A DNA stretch of 64,000 nt, taken from positions 13,696-77,695 of the forward strand of contig CALEGE010000029.1 of assembly GCA_937877025.1 (NCBI GenBank). The letters are read 5' to 3'. A program made the position numbers and the translations under genes. Shown one piece after another: positions 1 through 9,546 of this stretch. Every line of letters starts with the position of its first letter. The first letter of the stretch is position 1. The stretch is from an uncultured Spirochaetia bacterium. Its GTDB lineage: Bacteria; Spirochaetota; UBA4802; UBA5368. Below the pieces are notes generated by a model that was not told the origin of the DNA, searched no databases, and was given only the letters and a program-made list of their open reading frames with translations.

Positions 1-543
1 TACGCCATGACGCGGATACGCGGGGCCATCTTCGATGAGCTGCGTTCCATTGACTGGATCCCCCGTTCGATACGGCAGAAGGCGAAACAGATCGAGCAGG
101 TGATTGCCGACCTGGAGAATAAGCTGGGGCGCACCGTGGAGGACGAGGAAATAGCACAGGAGCTGGGGGTGTCGGCTGACCAGTTCCAAAGCCTGCTGAA
201 TAAATTGAGCGGCACATCTATGCTGTCGCTCAACGACATCTGGTATCTCGGAGATGACAGCGACGAACTGTCAATACTGGAAACCCTCGAAGCGCCTGAC
301 AACATGAATCCCGATGTGCTGATCGAAAAAGAGGAGATACGCGACTATATAATCGACGCGATAAAAAAGCTTCCCGACAAGGAAAAGAAGGTTATCGTAC
401 TATATTACTACGAGGATCTCACGCTGAAGGAAATCGGCGAGGTGCTCGACGTCACCGAGAGCAGGGTTTCCCAGCTTCATACGAAAGCGATTATGCGTCT
501 GCGCGGGCGCCTCGGCCGGATTAAATCGAATATCGTCGGATAA
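1..543 (+). CDS. fliA: Flagellar sigma factor FliA (sigma-28), C-terminal part; the N-terminus lies upstream of the window
   Basis: Reading frame is open from base 1. Sigma-70 family region 3/4 features with a C-terminal HTH ([24 protein letters not shown]). Flagellar/che neighbourhood and a sigma-28 promoter elsewhere in the window. Confidence 0.85.
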   Translation, partial: YAMTRIRGAIFDELRSIDWIPRSIRQKAKQIEQVIADLENKLGRTVEDEEIAQELGVSADQFQSLLNKLSGTSMLSLNDIWYLGDDSDELSILETLEAPDNMNPDVLIEKEEIRDYIIDAIKKLPDKEKKVIVLYYYEDLTLKEIGEVLDVTESRVSQLHTKAIMRLRGRLGRIKSNIVG

Positions 544-547
544 TTGA

Positions 548-2530
548 ATGAGCAAGCTAAAAGACATGCTGCTGAGTCTCGCGGATGAGGATGAAGCATC
601 CGGGAACGAGATCGAAGTCTTCGCCGATTCGGTGCGGCAGGCGCTTGAGATGGCGGCGCGAGAGTTCAAGGTCGATATATCGACGCTTGACTACAGCATC
701 CTCGAAAAAGGCACGCAGGGATTTCTCGGTGTTGGCCGTCAGCCCTACAGGGTGCTTGTGAAGCCCTCGAAAACAGAAGATGCGTACCGTGATCTGGATG
801 AAATAGAGAAAAAGATATTAAAGACATCGCAAACCGACCTTGAGCTGCGCAATGTCGACAGGTATTCTGACGGCAAGGTGAAGATCAGGGTGACGAAATC
901 GGGCATCTGGCTGACGATAACAAAACCAACAGGCGGCGGCAGGCCCGCCGATGTCAACGATGTCAACAACAGGCTCTACTCGCTTCGAATCAGCAATGTC
1001 AATGTGAAGAAGATCGAAAAAGAAATAGATAAGCCGTCGGAAAAACCGGTTAAAATCGGCGACTGGATTCCCAACCCGGAATATGACGGTACGCTGACCG
1101 TCGAGATTACCGAAGACGAAATGAAAGCCTTTGTTCATTTTGTCCCGCCCCGGTTCGCGGGGAAACATATGGAAACCGACGATGTGCTTGATTCGCTGAA
1201 GCGTTCGGGAGTTATTACCGGAATCAACCAGGCGCGGATAAGCGATTATCTCGAGCAGATGGATTATTCGCGGCCGTTGCTCGCGGCAGAGGGCCAGCCG
1301 CCGCATAACGGCAGGGACGCATATATTGATTACAAGGTACGCATAGATAAAAGCGATGTATCGTTCTCGGAGGATGAAAAGGGGCAAGTCGACTTCAAGA
1401 ACCTCGATTTGCTTGAAAACGTCGTTGTAGGGCAGGTGCTTGCCGTCAAGGTCCCCGCTGAGGACGGAATTCCCGGAAGGACGATAACAAACAGGGTGCT
1501 GCCCGCGAGATCGGGAAAGGACATTCCGTTCAAATACGGGAAAGGCACAATACTCTCGGATGATAAAACCGAGCTGTCCGCCGAGATCAACGGTCAGGTT
1601 GTTTTTCAGGGTGGGAAGATCAGTGTCGAGCCCGTTTTCTTTGTCAAGGGGGACGTTTCATTTGAAACCGGCAATATCGTTTTTCTGGGATCCGTCGTTG
1701 TCGGCGGCAGCGTGCAGGATAATTTTGTCGTAAAAGCCGCGGGCAATATCGAAGTGAAGGGATCGGTTCAGAAGGCGTTTCTCGAGGCCGAGGGCGATAT
1801 TATCGTTCGGCAGGGGATAATGGGCAGGGAAGAAGCGAAAATAGAATCAACCGGCGGTTCCGTGTACGCGAATTTCATTCAATCGGCGAATGTGTATGCT
1901 GAAAAGGATGTGCTGGTTTCGGAGGGTATTCTTCATTCAAAGATCGATGCGGGTAACCGGATTCTCTGCAACGGCAGGCGTGCGCGTATTGTGGGTGGGC
2001 TTATCAGGGCCGGAGAAGAGGTCAACGCCCGAGCTATTGGATCGGATTCATTTACAAAAACCGAGGTGCGCGTTGGCATCAATCCCAAGGTGCTGCAGCA
2101 GATTACCGAACTGGAGTCCGCGAAAAAACAGATAGACGAAGAGTTTGATAAAATTAAGAAGGATGTCACCACGCTTACCGTGTTGAAGAATAATTCCGGA
2201 GGCCGCCTGCCGCAAGAGAGAGAGGAGATGCTTGGCAAACTGCTGCAGCAGAAACAGAAAACCGAAAACCGGCTCAATGAGCTGAATCTCGTGCTCGAGG
2301 AATTGAAAGCGTATCTGGGGATGCTCGAGCAGAAGGGGAAGGTGTGCGCGGAGCAGACCATATTTCCGGGCGTCGATATCTATATCAAGGACAAGCGTTT
2401 TTCCATAAAGGATCCGTATAATTACATAAAGTTTTCGCTTGAAGGCGGTGAAATAAGGCTGTCAGAATACGAAAAGCCTGAAATCAGCGATGCCATTGGA
2501 AAGATGACCATGGCAAGGAGAAGACGATAA
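548..2530 (+). CDS. FapA/DUF342-family (flagellar-assembly-associated) protein with Jag_N-like N-terminal segment
   Basis: 660 aa. N-terminal ~70 aa resemble the Jag_N fold (...EKGTQGFLGVGRQPYRV). Long Gly/Val-rich beta-solenoid-like middle (GNIVFLGSVVVGGSVQDNFVVKAAGNIEVKGSV...), C-terminal coiled coil. Starts 5 nt after fliA. Confidence 0.6.
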   Translation: MSKLKDMLLSLADEDEASGNEIEVFADSVRQALEMAAREFKVDISTLDYSILEKGTQGFLGVGRQPYRVLVKPSKTEDAYRDLDEIEKKILKTSQTDLELRNVDRYSDGKVKIRVTKSGIWLTITKPTGGGRPADVNDVNNRLYSLRISNVNVKKIEKEIDKPSEKPVKIGDWIPNPEYDGTLTVEITEDEMKAFVHFVPPRFAGKHMETDDVLDSLKRSGVITGINQARISDYLEQMDYSRPLLAAEGQPPHNGRDAYIDYKVRIDKSDVSFSEDEKGQVDFKNLDLLENVVVGQVLAVKVPAEDGIPGRTITNRVLPARSGKDIPFKYGKGTILSDDKTELSAEINGQVVFQGGKISVEPVFFVKGDVSFETGNIVFLGSVVVGGSVQDNFVVKAAGNIEVKGSVQKAFLEAEGDIIVRQGIMGREEAKIESTGGSVYANFIQSANVYAEKDVLVSEGILHSKIDAGNRILCNGRRARIVGGLIRAGEEVNARAIGSDSFTKTEVRVGINPKVLQQITELESAKKQIDEEFDKIKKDVTTLTVLKNNSGGRLPQEREEMLGKLLQQKQKTENRLNELNLVLEELKAYLGMLEQKGKVCAEQTIFPGVDIYIKDKRFSIKDPYNYIKFSLEGGEIRLSEYEKPEISDAIGKMTMARRRR

Positions 2531-2553
2531 TATAATCGTACAGGAACCCTCCT

Positions 2554-2871
2554 ATGTCGGTAAAACCGATTGATTTACAGACGAATATCGCGCAGATGCA
2601 TGAGGTCGCGCGGGGCGCGCAGGTGCGATCGGAAGCGGTAGGCGAGCAACAGGTGTTGCTGGACAAGGAGTCCAGTGAAAAATCCCGGCTGGTGAGTTCG
2701 CGGGTCGACCAGAATAAAAAAGCCGAGAAAACTATTATAATGGATGAGGAAAAAAAACATTCGCGCAGGGAGCATAAAGGAAGGGAAGGGGAGCGCCGCG
2801 AAAAAAAGGAGGAACAAACGAAACCCCTTGCGGATGACAGAATGGGAAGAATCATTGACGTAAAGAAATGA
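2554..2871 (+). CDS. Hypothetical small highly charged protein (K/E/R-rich C-terminus)
   Basis: 105-aa ORF between the FapA-like gene and the next membrane protein. No recognisable SD (CCTCCT precedes the ATG). Antisense ORFs here look like low-complexity junk. Confidence 0.3.
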   Translation: MSVKPIDLQTNIAQMHEVARGAQVRSEAVGEQQVLLDKESSEKSRLVSSRVDQNKKAEKTIIMDEEKKHSRREHKGREGERREKKEEQTKPLADDRMGRIIDVKK

Positions 2872-2910
2872 CACTGCAGCTACATTAAAGGATTATTTTC
2901 GGAGAGCATA

Positions 2911-3765
2911 ATGCAGTTTGCCATACTACTGTTTATCAATATAATTTTATGGACGCTGTTTTATTTTGTTATCAGCCTCAAGCTCGAACGGTCCGCGTCG
3001 GAGTTTCGCGAAAAGAAGATGCGCAGGGAAATGGACCAGATAATCCAGGATTTCAACGCGACCGCAGAGAGGAATATTTCCATACTTGAAAACCGCATTT
3101 CAATAATGAAGAGGCTGTTGCGTCAGACCGGCGCGTATAAAGAATTCAGCGTTGATGTTCGAGATGAAACGGTCACGCCAGCCGGCCCTGACGCAGGCGG
3201 GGCGCCGGCGGATAATGCCGACGCTGCAAATGATACACCGACCGTCGCGCGGGCCGGTGACGCTCCGCCCGCGGCGGCAGCGCCGCATCGCGGCCCGGAT
3301 CGCAGTGGTGATGTGCATTCCGGCGGTGTTGTGGCGGCGATGGGGGGATTGCTTTCCGCGCTGATCGGCCCCGCGATCGCGGCGGTCGGCGAATTTAAGA
3401 AAAGAAGCGCTGCGAGGTCCCGCGCAGTTGCACACGCTGACATGGCGGGCAAACGGGGGTTTCCCGCCGCGTTTAACGCCGCGATGCAGGGAGAGGCGCC
3501 CGGCGCACCCGATGAGACGGCGCAGCCGTCGTTGCAAAAGGAATTGAGCGATGTGAGGACGATAATGCAATCCGCGGCGGAAAAACCCGAATCGCCGGCC
3601 ATCGATGAGGCCGGCATTGCCGATATGTTTGCGTCCGCCGAGGATAAATACTTGCTTATATCCGAATTATTCACGCGGGGATGCTCTGTGGAAATCCTCG
3701 CGAAATGCTCCGGGATCCCCGTGGGCGAAATAAAGCTTGTTCTGAATCTCAACCGCCCTCATTAA
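2911..3765 (+). CDS. Membrane-anchored protein: N-terminal TM helix, coiled coil, Ala/Pro/Gly-rich low-complexity region, conserved-looking C-terminus
   Basis: MQFAILLFINIILWTLFYFVISL TM segment followed by a charged coiled coil. Sits in the fliA-cheR cluster; architecture is reminiscent of SwrB-type flagellar accessory proteins (weak). Confidence 0.4.
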   Translation: MQFAILLFINIILWTLFYFVISLKLERSASEFREKKMRREMDQIIQDFNATAERNISILENRISIMKRLLRQTGAYKEFSVDVRDETVTPAGPDAGGAPADNADAANDTPTVARAGDAPPAAAAPHRGPDRSGDVHSGGVVAAMGGLLSALIGPAIAAVGEFKKRSAARSRAVAHADMAGKRGFPAAFNAAMQGEAPGAPDETAQPSLQKELSDVRTIMQSAAEKPESPAIDEAGIADMFASAEDKYLLISELFTRGCSVEILAKCSGIPVGEIKLVLNLNRPH

Positions 3766-3918
3766 AGGAGCGGCGCGACACCTCGCGGGAGCGTATCATT
3801 TTAAGAAAAGCTTGTTTGGGTTGCTATTAATAATAGTACCCGCATGCCGCCGGCTGTGGCAGTGCGTCGTGGAATGCGGAATCAGAAAGCGCGGTAGCGT
3901 GAAAGACGGGTATGTAAT

Positions 3919-4779
3919 ATGATTGAATTTGGAAATATCAAACGGCTTAACGAGGATGAGTTTAAAAAATTTGCAAAACTTGTATATGAAGAAAGCGGTA
4001 TTTTTTTAAAGGACTCCAAAATCACGTTGCTTTCCAACAGGCTTCGAAAACGGTTGCAGGCGCTCGATATCGATTCTTTCAGGGAATATTATGATTATAT
4101 TCAGAATTTTCCGGACAAGGCGAAAGAAATAGAACAGCTGCTCGATGTTGTCTCGACAAATGAAACCTATTTTTTCCGAAACGAGCGGCAGTTCGAAGCG
4201 CTTGAAAAATACTGCCTCCCCGATCTTGCGAGCAAGAAGACCGACAAAACGCTTAAAATATGGAGTGCCGGGTGCTCGACGGGGGAGGAGCCGTATACGA
4301 TCGCGATCTGTATTCTCGAATGTCAGCACCTGTTTGCGGGATGGGACATCGAGATTATCGCTACCGATATCGCGCCGTCCGTGCTGGATTTCGCGCGGAA
4401 AGGCGAATATTCGGGCCGGAGGATTGAAAAAGTTCCGCCCGGTATACTACAGAAGTACTTTACACGTGACGCGGAGTATCCTGAAGTGTATACCGTCAAA
4501 GACAGGGTGCGGAAAATGGCGAGATTTTATTATCTCAACCTGTTTAAAAATCCGTATCCGAAAAACATGGATATTATATTCTGCAGAAACGTGATGATAT
4601 ATTTTGACAGAGAGCACCAGAAGAGGCTCGTGGCGGGATTTCACAATTCGCTGTCAAAGCACGGGTATCTGTTCATCGGCCATTCCGAAACGCTGCATTC
4701 TATTTCTGAAGATTTTATGTACGTGAAGCTTCTGGATTCGCCTGTGTATGTGCCAAGGGAGAGTGGAAATGAATTTTAG
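3919..4779 (+). CDS. cheR: Chemotaxis protein methyltransferase CheR
   Basis: CheR N-terminal helical domain plus SAM-binding fold (LKIWSAGCSTGEEPYTIAI, CRNVMIYFD). Confidence 0.9.
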   Translation: MIEFGNIKRLNEDEFKKFAKLVYEESGIFLKDSKITLLSNRLRKRLQALDIDSFREYYDYIQNFPDKAKEIEQLLDVVSTNETYFFRNERQFEALEKYCLPDLASKKTDKTLKIWSAGCSTGEEPYTIAICILECQHLFAGWDIEIIATDIAPSVLDFARKGEYSGRRIEKVPPGILQKYFTRDAEYPEVYTVKDRVRKMARFYYLNLFKNPYPKNMDIIFCRNVMIYFDREHQKRLVAGFHNSLSKHGYLFIGHSETLHSISEDFMYVKLLDSPVYVPRESGNEF

Positions 4780-5248
4780 GATGGTTACCATCGGTATTGC
4801 CGACCTGGGAGTGGCCGGTTCGCCGGATATTCTGCGGACGATACTTGGATCGTGTGTCGGCATCTGCCTGTACGATCAGACGACGCGCCTGGCGGGGATG
4901 GCGCATATCATGCTGCCCGAAATGAAAGACAGAAATTCGAACGCCAGGAAGTACGCCGCTACGGCCATACCGATGCTGATCGGGGAGATGGAAAAATCCG
5001 GCGCCGACAGCGCAAGAATCGTGGCGAAGATCGTGGGCGGCGCTGCGATGTTCAAAATATCCGAAAACAGCATTATGGGCGAAATAGGAAAGAACAACGT
5101 GAAAAAGGTGCGGGAGGTGCTCGAAGAGCAACGCATAGAAATAATTGCGGAGGATGTCGGCGGTGATTACGGCAGGACAATCGATTTTTACTCGGAAGAC
5201 GGACGTCTGAAAATCAAATCGCTGGGCCGCCCAGAAAAGGTGATATGA
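4769..5248 (+). CDS. cheD: Chemoreceptor glutamine deamidase CheD
   Basis: CheD signature (ILGSCVGICLYD). ATG at 4769 has an SD (GGGAGAG) and overlaps the cheR stop (ATGAATTTTAG). The ORF-track start at 4748 is probably too early. Confidence 0.85.
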   Translation: MNFRMVTIGIADLGVAGSPDILRTILGSCVGICLYDQTTRLAGMAHIMLPEMKDRNSNARKYAATAIPMLIGEMEKSGADSARIVAKIVGGAAMFKISENSIMGEIGKNNVKKVREVLEEQRIEIIAEDVGGDYGRTIDFYSEDGRLKIKSLGRPEKVI

Positions 5249-5255
5249 GGAACGC

Positions 5256-6122
5256 ATGGAAAGCATGACGGGATACGCCTTCATTGAGAAGAACACACAG
5301 CAGTTTTCATTTTCAATCGAGCTTAAATCGCTGAATTCGAAGTATCTCGAATCGTATATCAATCTGCCGCGCATACTCAGAAACGATGAAAACGATTTCG
5401 ATTCGCTGTTGAAAAAACGTTTCGGCAGGGGAAAGCTGGAGCTATCAATAGAATTGTACGGCTGGAACGAAACGAGGCCTGTGTCGATTAACAGGGAACT
5501 GTTGAAAAAATATTACTCGGAAGTCGTTGCGGTGACGAAAGGCCTGAAGATCGAGAACTCGTTTTCTATCGACGCCCTGCTGACGCTGGATGGCGTTATT
5601 CAGAAGGAAAAGTCAATTCTCGCCGAGAAATCGCGCGCGGATATCATGGTTGCGCTGAATACGGTGATCGACCGGACTTTAAAAATGAGGAGGCGCGAGG
5701 GCTCTGCTACCGCGAAAGACCTGCGGGCGTGCCTTACGGTGATCGCGAAGCGCCTGGCGGGAATTGAGGCGCTTTCAAAAGACGTATCGCAGGCGCTTTT
5801 TGCCCGGCTGAAAAAGTCGGTTGAATCTCTTGCGAACGCCAGGGTGGACGATGTGCGCCTCTATACGGAAATCGCTATTCTTGCCGACAAGCAGGATATC
5901 AACGAGGAGATCGTTCGGCTGAAAGACCACATGAAGAAATTCAGGCAGGTTATGGACGAGGAGGGGCAGGTCGGCAAACAGCTTGACTTTCTGGCCCAGG
6001 AGATGTTCAGGGAGATAAATACGATATCTTCCAAATCGAATAATTCGGGGATTTCCCATCTGGCGGTCGATATCAAGAATAATATAGATAAAATCCGGGA
6101 GCAGTGCAGAAACATAATATGA
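5256..6122 (+). CDS. yicC: YicC-family stress-induced protein (YloC-like)
   Basis: N-terminal MxSMTGYA motif typical of the YicC family. Position upstream of remA-gmk-rpoZ as in many bacteria. Confidence 0.85.
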   Translation: MESMTGYAFIEKNTQQFSFSIELKSLNSKYLESYINLPRILRNDENDFDSLLKKRFGRGKLELSIELYGWNETRPVSINRELLKKYYSEVVAVTKGLKIENSFSIDALLTLDGVIQKEKSILAEKSRADIMVALNTVIDRTLKMRRREGSATAKDLRACLTVIAKRLAGIEALSKDVSQALFARLKKSVESLANARVDDVRLYTEIAILADKQDINEEIVRLKDHMKKFRQVMDEEGQVGKQLDFLAQEMFREINTISSKSNNSGISHLAVDIKNNIDKIREQCRNII

Positions 6123-6373
6123 ACATGAAAACATCGTTGATCAATATCGGTTTCGGCAACGCCGTTGTGGCGGAACGGGTGGTTGCGGTGATAACGCCGC
6201 AATCGGCATCCGGGAAACGGATCCGGGAAGACGCGAAGGATAACAACCTGCTGATCGATGCGACGCACGGCAGAAAGACGAGGGCGATCATTATCATGGA
6301 TAGCAATCATATTATTCTTTCGGCCATGCAGCCGGAAACACTCGCGAACAGATTGACGAACAATGCCGAATAG
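6104..6373 (+). CDS. remA: RemA/YlzA-like DUF370 regulator
   Basis: [24 protein letters not shown]...[24 protein letters not shown] matches B. subtilis RemA closely. Start is ambiguous (GTG 6104, ATG 6119 or ATG 6125); it overlaps the yicC stop. Confidence 0.75.
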   Translation: MQKHNMNMKTSLINIGFGNAVVAERVVAVITPQSASGKRIREDAKDNNLLIDATHGRKTRAIIIMDSNHIILSAMQPETLANRLTNNAE

Positions 6374-6989
6374 CATGATTTCCGTAGTAGTTTCAGCGCC
6401 CTCAGGAACTGGGAAAACCACGATTATAAAACGGCTGCTCGAGCTTGACGACCGTTTTCAGTTTTCCATATCGACAACGACACGCGAGCGCAGGCCGGAC
6501 GAAAAGGAAGGGCTCCATTACTATTACATCAGCGAAGAGAGCTTTCTCGAGAAAATACGCGGGAAAGAGTTTGTAGAGTGGGCCAGGGTATACAACAACT
6601 ATTACGGAACGACTAAAAAAGAGATTGACAGGATTCAATCGGCCGGAAAAATCCCCATATTTGATGTGGATGTTCAGGGCGCCCGGCAGCTCAAATGCGC
6701 GATTGAAAACGCGGTTTTCATTTTTGTTTTACCGCCTTCACTACAAGATCTCAGGGAAAGACTGTTTACAAGAAATACCGATTCACCGGCGCAGAGGGAG
6801 CTGCGGCTGAATAACGCCGTTTCAGAGTTGCGCGAATATGCCATGTACGATTACATCGTGCTGAACAAGAGCATTGATGACGCCATTGCGGATATCATGG
6901 CTATCGTAAGGGCGGAATCGCGACGAACGTTTCGCATGGAGCACATAATGAATAACTGGAGGGGTGAAATTGATAATTCCACTCGATAA
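6363..6989 (+). CDS. gmk: Guanylate kinase
   Basis: P-loop [10 protein letters not shown] and guanylate kinase fold. Canonical remA-gmk-rpoZ order. Confidence 0.9.
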   Translation: MPNSMISVVVSAPSGTGKTTIIKRLLELDDRFQFSISTTTRERRPDEKEGLHYYYISEESFLEKIRGKEFVEWARVYNNYYGTTKKEIDRIQSAGKIPIFDVDVQGARQLKCAIENAVFIFVLPPSLQDLRERLFTRNTDSPAQRELRLNNAVSELREYAMYDYIVLNKSIDDAIADIMAIVRAESRRTFRMEHIMNNWRGEIDNSTR

Positions 6990-7179
6990 GCTGATTTCAT
7001 ATAACCAGAACCGGTATATTTTTTCGCGGGCCAATATGGTAATGGTTGACCGTCTCGGGAATATAAAAGATTATCCCGAAAAGGAAGAGAACTGGAAACT
7101 CGTTCCGAATATCCTCAATATGGTTCTGAACGAGAAGCTGCATTATAACTGGAGTTGTAACTGGAAAGATGAGGAGTAA
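6964..7179 (+). CDS. rpoZ: DNA-directed RNA polymerase omega subunit (probable)
   Basis: 71 aa. [27 protein letters not shown] aligns with the RpoZ N-terminal helix (…[25 protein letters not shown]). Conserved position after gmk. Confidence 0.55.
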   Translation: MKLIIPLDKLISYNQNRYIFSRANMVMVDRLGNIKDYPEKEENWKLVPNILNMVLNEKLHYNWSCNWKDEE

Positions 7180-8138
7180 TTATAGTCTGCGTTCGTGCGG
7201 CTGTTCATAATTCTAACGAACTGAGGGATACAGAAGCCATCAAAGCCGTCGTACTACTCGGGCCGACCGCGTCTGGAAAAACCGGCGTATCGCTTGAGCT
7301 TGCGGGAACTGAGTTCGAGATAATTTCCGCCGATTCGGTGCAGGTGTACCGGGGCCTTGACATAGGCAGCGGCAAACCATCGCTGGAACAACGGCAAAAA
7401 ATCGCGCATCATTGCATAGATATTGTCGATCCCGATTACAGGTTTACCGCAGGCGATTTTTGCCGGGAGGCGTTCAGCGCCTGCGAAACGATACGCAAAA
7501 GCGGGAGGATACCGCTTTTCGTCGGCGGTACGGGGCTGTATATCGATTCCTTTTTCAAGGGGATTTCGTCAATTCCGGAAATAGCAAGCACCGTGAAAGA
7601 GGTGCTCGAGCGCGAACTGGATGAGCGCGGCCTTGACAAGCTTTATAGGGAGTTGTTGTCGTGCGATCCGGTGTTTGCCGGGAGGGTTCATTGCAATGAC
7701 CGCCAGAGAATCCTTCGCGGGCTTGAGGTGTACAGGGGCACCGGCAGGCCATTGAGCTGGTTTTTTGGCAATAAAGAAGGACATGAGTCGGCGGAAACCC
7801 TGTATATCGGGCTTAATCTTGACAGGGCTGCGCTGATCGACAGGATACATTGCCGCGTTGATGACATGATCGGGGCGGGATTTGTCGAGGAGGTTGCGAG
7901 ATTGCGTGAAATGGGATACGGGCCCGGCCTGAACTCGATGAAGTCAATAGGTTACGCGGAATTGAATGCGTACCTCGACGGGCGGTTGTCGCTCGAAGAG
8001 GCGGTTGAGGCAATCAAGATCGAGACGCGAAAATACGCCAAGCGGCAGATGACATGGTTCAAAAAAAATGGGCGCGTCACATGGTTTCGTTATTTTGAAA
8101 TTGAAAAAATAAGGTCGCTGGTATATACTTGGCTCTAA
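7179..8138 (+). CDS. miaA: tRNA dimethylallyltransferase MiaA (start codon uncertain)
   Basis: P-loop VVLLGPTASGKT lies in frame upstream of the ORF-track start (7338, a GTG inside the gene). No ATG/GTG/TTG in any frame between the rpoZ stop (7170-7172 in this frame) and the P-loop. Candidate starts are ATT 7179, ATA 7182 and CTG 7221. Confidence 0.8.
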   Translation: MIVCVRAAVHNSNELRDTEAIKAVVLLGPTASGKTGVSLELAGTEFEIISADSVQVYRGLDIGSGKPSLEQRQKIAHHCIDIVDPDYRFTAGDFCREAFSACETIRKSGRIPLFVGGTGLYIDSFFKGISSIPEIASTVKEVLERELDERGLDKLYRELLSCDPVFAGRVHCNDRQRILRGLEVYRGTGRPLSWFFGNKEGHESAETLYIGLNLDRAALIDRIHCRVDDMIGAGFVEEVARLREMGYGPGLNSMKSIGYAELNAYLDGRLSLEEAVEAIKIETRKYAKRQMTWFKKNGRVTWFRYFEIEKIRSLVYTWL

Positions 8139-8180
8139 GTAGTAGGACGTATTATTTAAAATATATAAAGGAACGATGTA

Positions 8181-8414
8181 ATGGTGAAACAAACAAAAAA
8201 TTTGCAGGATACTATTTTGAATCTTGCGCGAAAAGAAAAACTTGAAATTACCATCTATCTGGTAAACGGGGTTCCCATCAAGGGGAGGGTGCTGAGTTTT
8301 GATAATTTTACCATCCTGATTGAAGTGGATAAAAAACAGAACATGATTTACAAGCATGCGATATCGACGATAGTGCCGTCAAGACCGCTGCAATACAGGG
8401 AAGAAGAGGCGTAG
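8181..8414 (+). CDS. hfq: RNA chaperone Hfq
   Basis: Sm1/Sm2 motifs ([27 protein letters not shown]...[12 protein letters not shown]). miaA-hfq synteny. Confidence 0.95.
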   Translation: MVKQTKNLQDTILNLARKEKLEITIYLVNGVPIKGRVLSFDNFTILIEVDKKQNMIYKHAISTIVPSRPLQYREEEA

Positions 8415-8432
8415 GCCCCTGCCTGTGAAACA

Positions 8433-9329
8433 ATGAAGAAGTCACGATGGAAATTATTTCTGCTCCTCGTAGCCGCAATGGGGGGATATCTGTACATAAT
8501 GTGCGTGGCGGTTATTGCGCCCGGCCGTTTCGGCGTTGCACACGACAGGGATACAGGCAGTTTCCGTTTTTTACCGTCGGGATTCAATTTTCTATGGCAG
8601 GGCGTCGTGCCGCAGCGGATTAGCGTCCGTGACTATGGTGCGAGGAATTCTGAGATCATAACGGCTAAAGTCCCCGTGCCGCCGCTCGGTGAATTAAAAA
8701 GTGATTATTATTCCATATCGTTTCCCGTCAGCGTTATATACGAGATTGATGCGAGACGGCTGGCGGTTAATGCCGGCTCGGTATGGTCGAGCGCCGCATC
8801 GGTAACGGCCGCCGTTTCAAGGGCGTTTGAAACATCCCTTGAAAGAGAGTTGTCGCGGTGGATATCGCCCTTATACGGCAGATATGCGCTACTCAATAAC
8901 CGCGACCGGATACTGCACAATGCCGCAGAGGGCGCCTCAAGGTATTGTGCAGGTGTCGGTATTACCATCATTGCAGTTGAGCTTGCAGGCGCGGTAATTG
9001 CGCCGGATGAGCGTACCATTGCAGAGGGCATGGCGTTTTACAGCGAGATGCGAATGATAGAAAGAAATAATAAAAAAGAGCTGCTGTTTCTCGGCACAAC
9101 GCTTGAAAAGGACAGGCAGTTGAGAAAAGACTACTTCGAAAAGCTCAATGAAATGTCAAAAATAATTAAGGCAAATCCGGACATGCTGAAATATATTTAT
9201 ATTGACAAGATGGCCGGTAATGTGAAAGTGATAATTGCGCCGGAAAAGTCAGGCATGCCGTTTGGGTTTGACTACGTTGCGCCGGAAAAACCGGCACAAA
9301 GAAAGGGAGAAATTGACAACCTTAGATAA
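8433..9329 (+). CDS. Membrane-anchored SPFH/band-7-like protein (HflC/HflK-like), tentative
   Basis: N-terminal TM. Downstream region resembles the SPFH fold. Sits immediately after hfq, where hflK/hflC lie in enterobacteria. Similarity is judged by eye only. Confidence 0.4.
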   Translation: MKKSRWKLFLLLVAAMGGYLYIMCVAVIAPGRFGVAHDRDTGSFRFLPSGFNFLWQGVVPQRISVRDYGARNSEIITAKVPVPPLGELKSDYYSISFPVSVIYEIDARRLAVNAGSVWSSAASVTAAVSRAFETSLERELSRWISPLYGRYALLNNRDRILHNAAEGASRYCAGVGITIIAVELAGAVIAPDERTIAEGMAFYSEMRMIERNNKKELLFLGTTLEKDRQLRKDYFEKLNEMSKIIKANPDMLKYIYIDKMAGNVKVIIAPEKSGMPFGFDYVAPEKPAQRKGEIDNLR

Positions 9330-9368
9330 GCGATAAGGTGGGTGAGAAATTTTATAAAGGAGAAGAGT

Positions 9369-9458
9369 ATGCCTTGCGGTAGAAAGAAAAAAAGGAAGAA
9401 GATTGCGAACCATAAAAGAAAAAAAAGACGACGTCAGAATCGTCATAAGAAGAAATAA
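9369..9458 (+). CDS. 29-aa Lys/Arg-rich micro-protein, ribosomal bS22/AURKAIP1-like (not in ORF track)
   Basis: MPCGRKKKRKKIANHKRKKRRRQNRHKKK. Strong SD (AAAGGAG) 6-7 nt upstream; intrinsic terminator 25 nt downstream. Composition and pattern match the mycobacterial/Bacteroidia bS22 family (…[25 protein letters not shown]…). Confidence 0.5.
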   Translation: MPCGRKKKRKKIANHKRKKRRRQNRHKKK

Positions 9459-9482
9459 TAGGGTGAAACGTTAAAGTTAACA

Positions 9483-9528
9483 GAAAAGATTGGTTGTGCC
9501 GTGCGGTATGCCAATCTTTTCTTTTTAT
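9483..9528 (+). terminator. Rho-independent terminator after the micro-ORF
   Basis: 12-bp stem AGAAAAGATTGG / CCAATCTTTTCT, 16-nt loop, then TTTTTAT. Confidence 0.55.
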
Positions 9529-9546
9529 GGGCGGGGCGGAATAACC

